DNA of 51,542 nt, from the NCBI RefSeq assembly GCF_000485595.1, contig NW_014577066.1, positions 1,056,132 through 1,107,673 of the forward strand. The letters are read 5' to 3'. The stretch's first letter is position 1; the number at the start of each line of letters is the position of its first letter. The notes beneath the pieces are model-generated. The model did not search any database. It was not told where the DNA came from and worked only from the letters and a program-made list of their open reading frames with translations. The DNA comes from Priapulus caudatus. Taxonomy: Eukaryota. Positions 48,515 through 51,542 of the stretch are shown here, in pieces. A program made the position numbers and the translations under genes.

Positions 48515-49469
48515 CTCACTGTCTACCACGGACGACCTGTAACATCACGTTTAGTTTACAGCTAGCTGAACAGCAATCGCATCATCAGTGTCGCCTGCAG
48601 CAGCAGCAACAGCAACAGCTAGTGTATACGTATTCGCGATAGCACATCTTGAGTCACAATATCCGAGTGATGATGACGCGATGCGTGAAATATGGTGCGT
48701 CGTATATATCCGTCAAGTAGTATATGGCCTTTGACGGCTCCGCCCATGTCGGAAGGCTGCACAAATGTATACGTGATGATGGGCTCACCCAGGGGAACTG
48801 TCACGCACGCATGTCTACTCGCAAATGTAAAACTGCTCGTTGTAGTCGTGTTATCTTTACGGGCAAACGGCCATATAAACGAATATCATCGGTTATGACA
48901 TGTAAACCACGGAGTCAGCGTATATATAAAACGAGCATGTACGTGTTTTCACTGTACTATATATTTCCATGGTATAAGCATGCAGCCGTAATACTTTGGT
49001 TTTACCTATAATGATACCGATAGATCGGTGGGAAAGCAGCTAGCCGTAACAGAAATAAACTAAAAAAGGTAAGCTTATATGCTATCATTAATCATCAATG
49101 CGTATAGTATAACTTGCTTCGCGTACATCAGTGCAGGTACAGAATTTTACCAATCAAGAATTCCGTCCACACACAACGTTGTTTGCCACTGTACTCACGT
49201 TGTGGTGGGGTGGGGTAACGTCTACACGGAATTAAAGATGGGTTATAAATTGCGGACAGTATGGAAGGACAAGGACCAACTCTGAAGATCATGACAGGTG
49301 GGAAACAGTTGAGGTACAGAGAGGGAGAGTTGGAAAGAATGATAGGAAAGTCTCTAAACTTCTCCTCAATATGTTACAGGACGTGCCACAGAAGGGTAGT
49401 CATTACAGAAGGGTCAAGGTAGACGGGTAGAGTGGTCAATGGTGTAATATGACATGGAATGAAGCTTAT

Positions 49470-49600
49470 TGAAGTATGAATACATCACAAGGATCAAGGT
49501 CTTAAAAGGGTAAGAAAATGAGGGTTATTGAAAAGCAGCAACGGCAAGAGGCTCTCTACATGACAGCATCAAAACCTACCATCTCTCTATACAATACTAT
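49470..49600 (+). mobile_element. Possible Penelope-like GIY-YIG endonuclease C-terminal remnant
   Basis: VIEKQQRQEALYMTASKPTI loosely resembles the EALxIxxxKPxLN end of Penelope ORFs; short and degenerate. Confidence 0.25.
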
Positions 49601-50027
49601 GGTGGGCCCTTTACAAAGGGTCCAGCCTACGATTCCAAGACAAAGGAAACAGACCGTGAACCAAAATGTCAGAGGTGAGGACGTACTAATAGAGTGGAGC
49701 TTGCTTTTCCGATTGGCATACACAGCGGGCGGATGTCTAGGTTGCATCTAAGCTGACTTTTTCCTAGTACTGTAAGCGATCTAGTGAAGGTTTGATGTAT
49801 TGAGGTCAGCACATAATATATTGTTGGCCATCAACACATGCGGTTGCACACGGGGGAATTTACAAACAGCTGGATAAGACACGCAAGGTGTTTAGGTATC
49901 GCTATCAAGCTTCCACTATTGCACGATCTCTCTCTCTCTCTCTCTCTCTCGCACGTTTTTCTTCCCGTCTCTTTACCTCCTAATCTTTGTCCCGCTCCCT
50001 GTCTTTATTTATCTATCTATCCTTTTA

Positions 50028-51015
50028 TCCATCCATCCATCCATCCATCCATTCATTCATCCATTCACCCATCCATCCATCCATCCATCATCCAAATCCA
50101 TCATACCATCCATCCATCCATCCATCATCCATCCATGGCATCTCATCCTAAACACACCATACCATCCATTCCATCACATCCCACATCATCCATCCATCCA
50201 TCCATCATCCAATCCATTCCATCATACCATTCCCATCCATCCCATCATCATCTATCTATCAACCACACATCTCCACCATCATCCATCCATCCATAAATCC
50301 CCATCCCATTCCATCCATCCATACCATCCATCCATCCATCATCCACCATCCATCCATACTATCCATCCATTCCATCCATCCATCTATCCACAAAAATCCA
50401 TTCCTCCATACCTCGCTCTACCACCCCATCTATCCATCCATCTCCCATCTCAACACACGTACAATACACCACACGTACATATATCCAACACTCCTCACAC
50501 GAACCAATCACACTTGCAAACCGCACACGCACACCACCCCACACACGCGTGCGGCCGCACACCACGCACCACCACACCAACGACACACAACACACGCCCC
50601 CCCAACACAACACACACACAACCCACACAACAACCACGCAGTCACGCGCGCCGCGCATATATTAACACTCGAAACAATCAACCAAATACAACAACACTAG
50701 CACACACACCACCGTAAGACACACCTCACACACACACAACCACACACCACACACCACCCCATCCAACAACCTACACCACACACACACATACACCACAACG
50801 CCCGCCGCGCTGAGCACACACATCAAACACACACCACACACACACACACAAACACCACCACACACACACACAACAGCACACACTACATAGAGAGAGAGAG
50901 GAACCAAAGAGAGAGAGGCGAAGAGAGAAGAGAAATAGAGGGAAAAGAGAGACGAGAGAGAGAGAAGAGAGACAAACGAGCGAGAAGAGCGAGAGAGAGA
51001 GAGACAGAAAGAGCA
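50028..51015. repeat. Degenerate (CATC)n, (CA)n and (GA)n tracts
   Basis: Direct reading. The noisy unit structure suggests low-accuracy sequence. Confidence 0.9.
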
Positions 51016-51092
51016 GGGAGACCTCACCAGCACACCACAACCACGCTCACAAACACGATATTGTTAAATGCTGCCCGAATATTAATACTTAC

Positions 51093-51345
51093 AATTGTTA
51101 ACATATCACGCATCCGACGCTCCCCAACTTCAAGATGCGAGATATCAGTCTTGACGTGCGGAATAAAACACACCACTCTGGCAAGAGTTTCTACTTAAGA
51201 TTTGTCTCCTCAGTCCTAACAGGGCGAGAGTCACAATCCAAATAAACAGATATTACGCAAGCGTCACGCCTGGAGAAAGTCCCGTTGTGACGTCACACGT
51301 GACGTTCTGCCTGCCGATAAAAAATAAATAAATTTGGCGGGGTCA
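51093..51345 (-). promoter_or_regulatory. Candidate promoter and 5'-UTR exon of the Dome-like gene
   Basis: Minus-strand gtaagt donor at 51092-51087. Clustered motifs: TTACGCAA (C/EBP-like, 51253), GGGACTTTCTCC (kB-like, - strand, 51272-51283), TGACGTCA (CRE, 51288), CACGTG (51296) and GGCGGG (51336). Confidence 0.4.
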
Positions 51346-51542
51346 GTGCGCGTGAGGATGTGCATGGAGAGAAGTCGAACATGATATCAATATAGAAGTC
51401 GACGCACTAGGAGATAAGACATCTCGTAACGTGCTAGGAACGATATCGACGGCTCGATATGCCAGGTGGCGGTGCAAGTCCCTACCGATCTGACATTATA
51501 TACAGATATGACAATATCATGCTAGCACCAACGCATCAAACG

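Overview
Animal (invertebrate) nuclear DNA, rich in microsatellites and transposons, with two N gaps. Three spliced genes can be reconstructed by hand. (1) The last two coding exons of an adipokinetic-hormone/GnRH-family GPCR (AKHR-like, + strand, 1453-4772). (2) A perilipin-like (PAT-domain) gene on the - strand, with clear exons at 37.5, 36.0 and 35.1 kb and tentative 3' exons down to about 13 kb. (3) A complete 12-coding-exon Domeless/gp130-type class I cytokine receptor (- strand, 48514-40628, about 1160 aa) with two Ig domains, a degenerate WSXWS motif and one apparent 1-bp frameshift. The segment at about 17.25-37.86 kb is the same ~9.5 kb locus written twice with indel-dominated noise, plus a third short allele between the copies. 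This most likely reflects long-read gap filling and heterozygosity rather than a true duplication. The locus holds an internally deleted BEL/Pao LTR retrotransposon inserted, without a TSD, into the TIR of a Mutator-like MITE that carries telomere-type repeats. Related TTAGGG-carrying TIR elements occur at 6.3 and 38.4 kb. The most interesting biology is the adjacency of AKHR, a perilipin-like gene and a Dome-like receptor, all linked to fat storage or mobilisation, the unusual receptor architecture, and the telomere-repeat-carrying MITE family. All calls are by eye; no database search was run.
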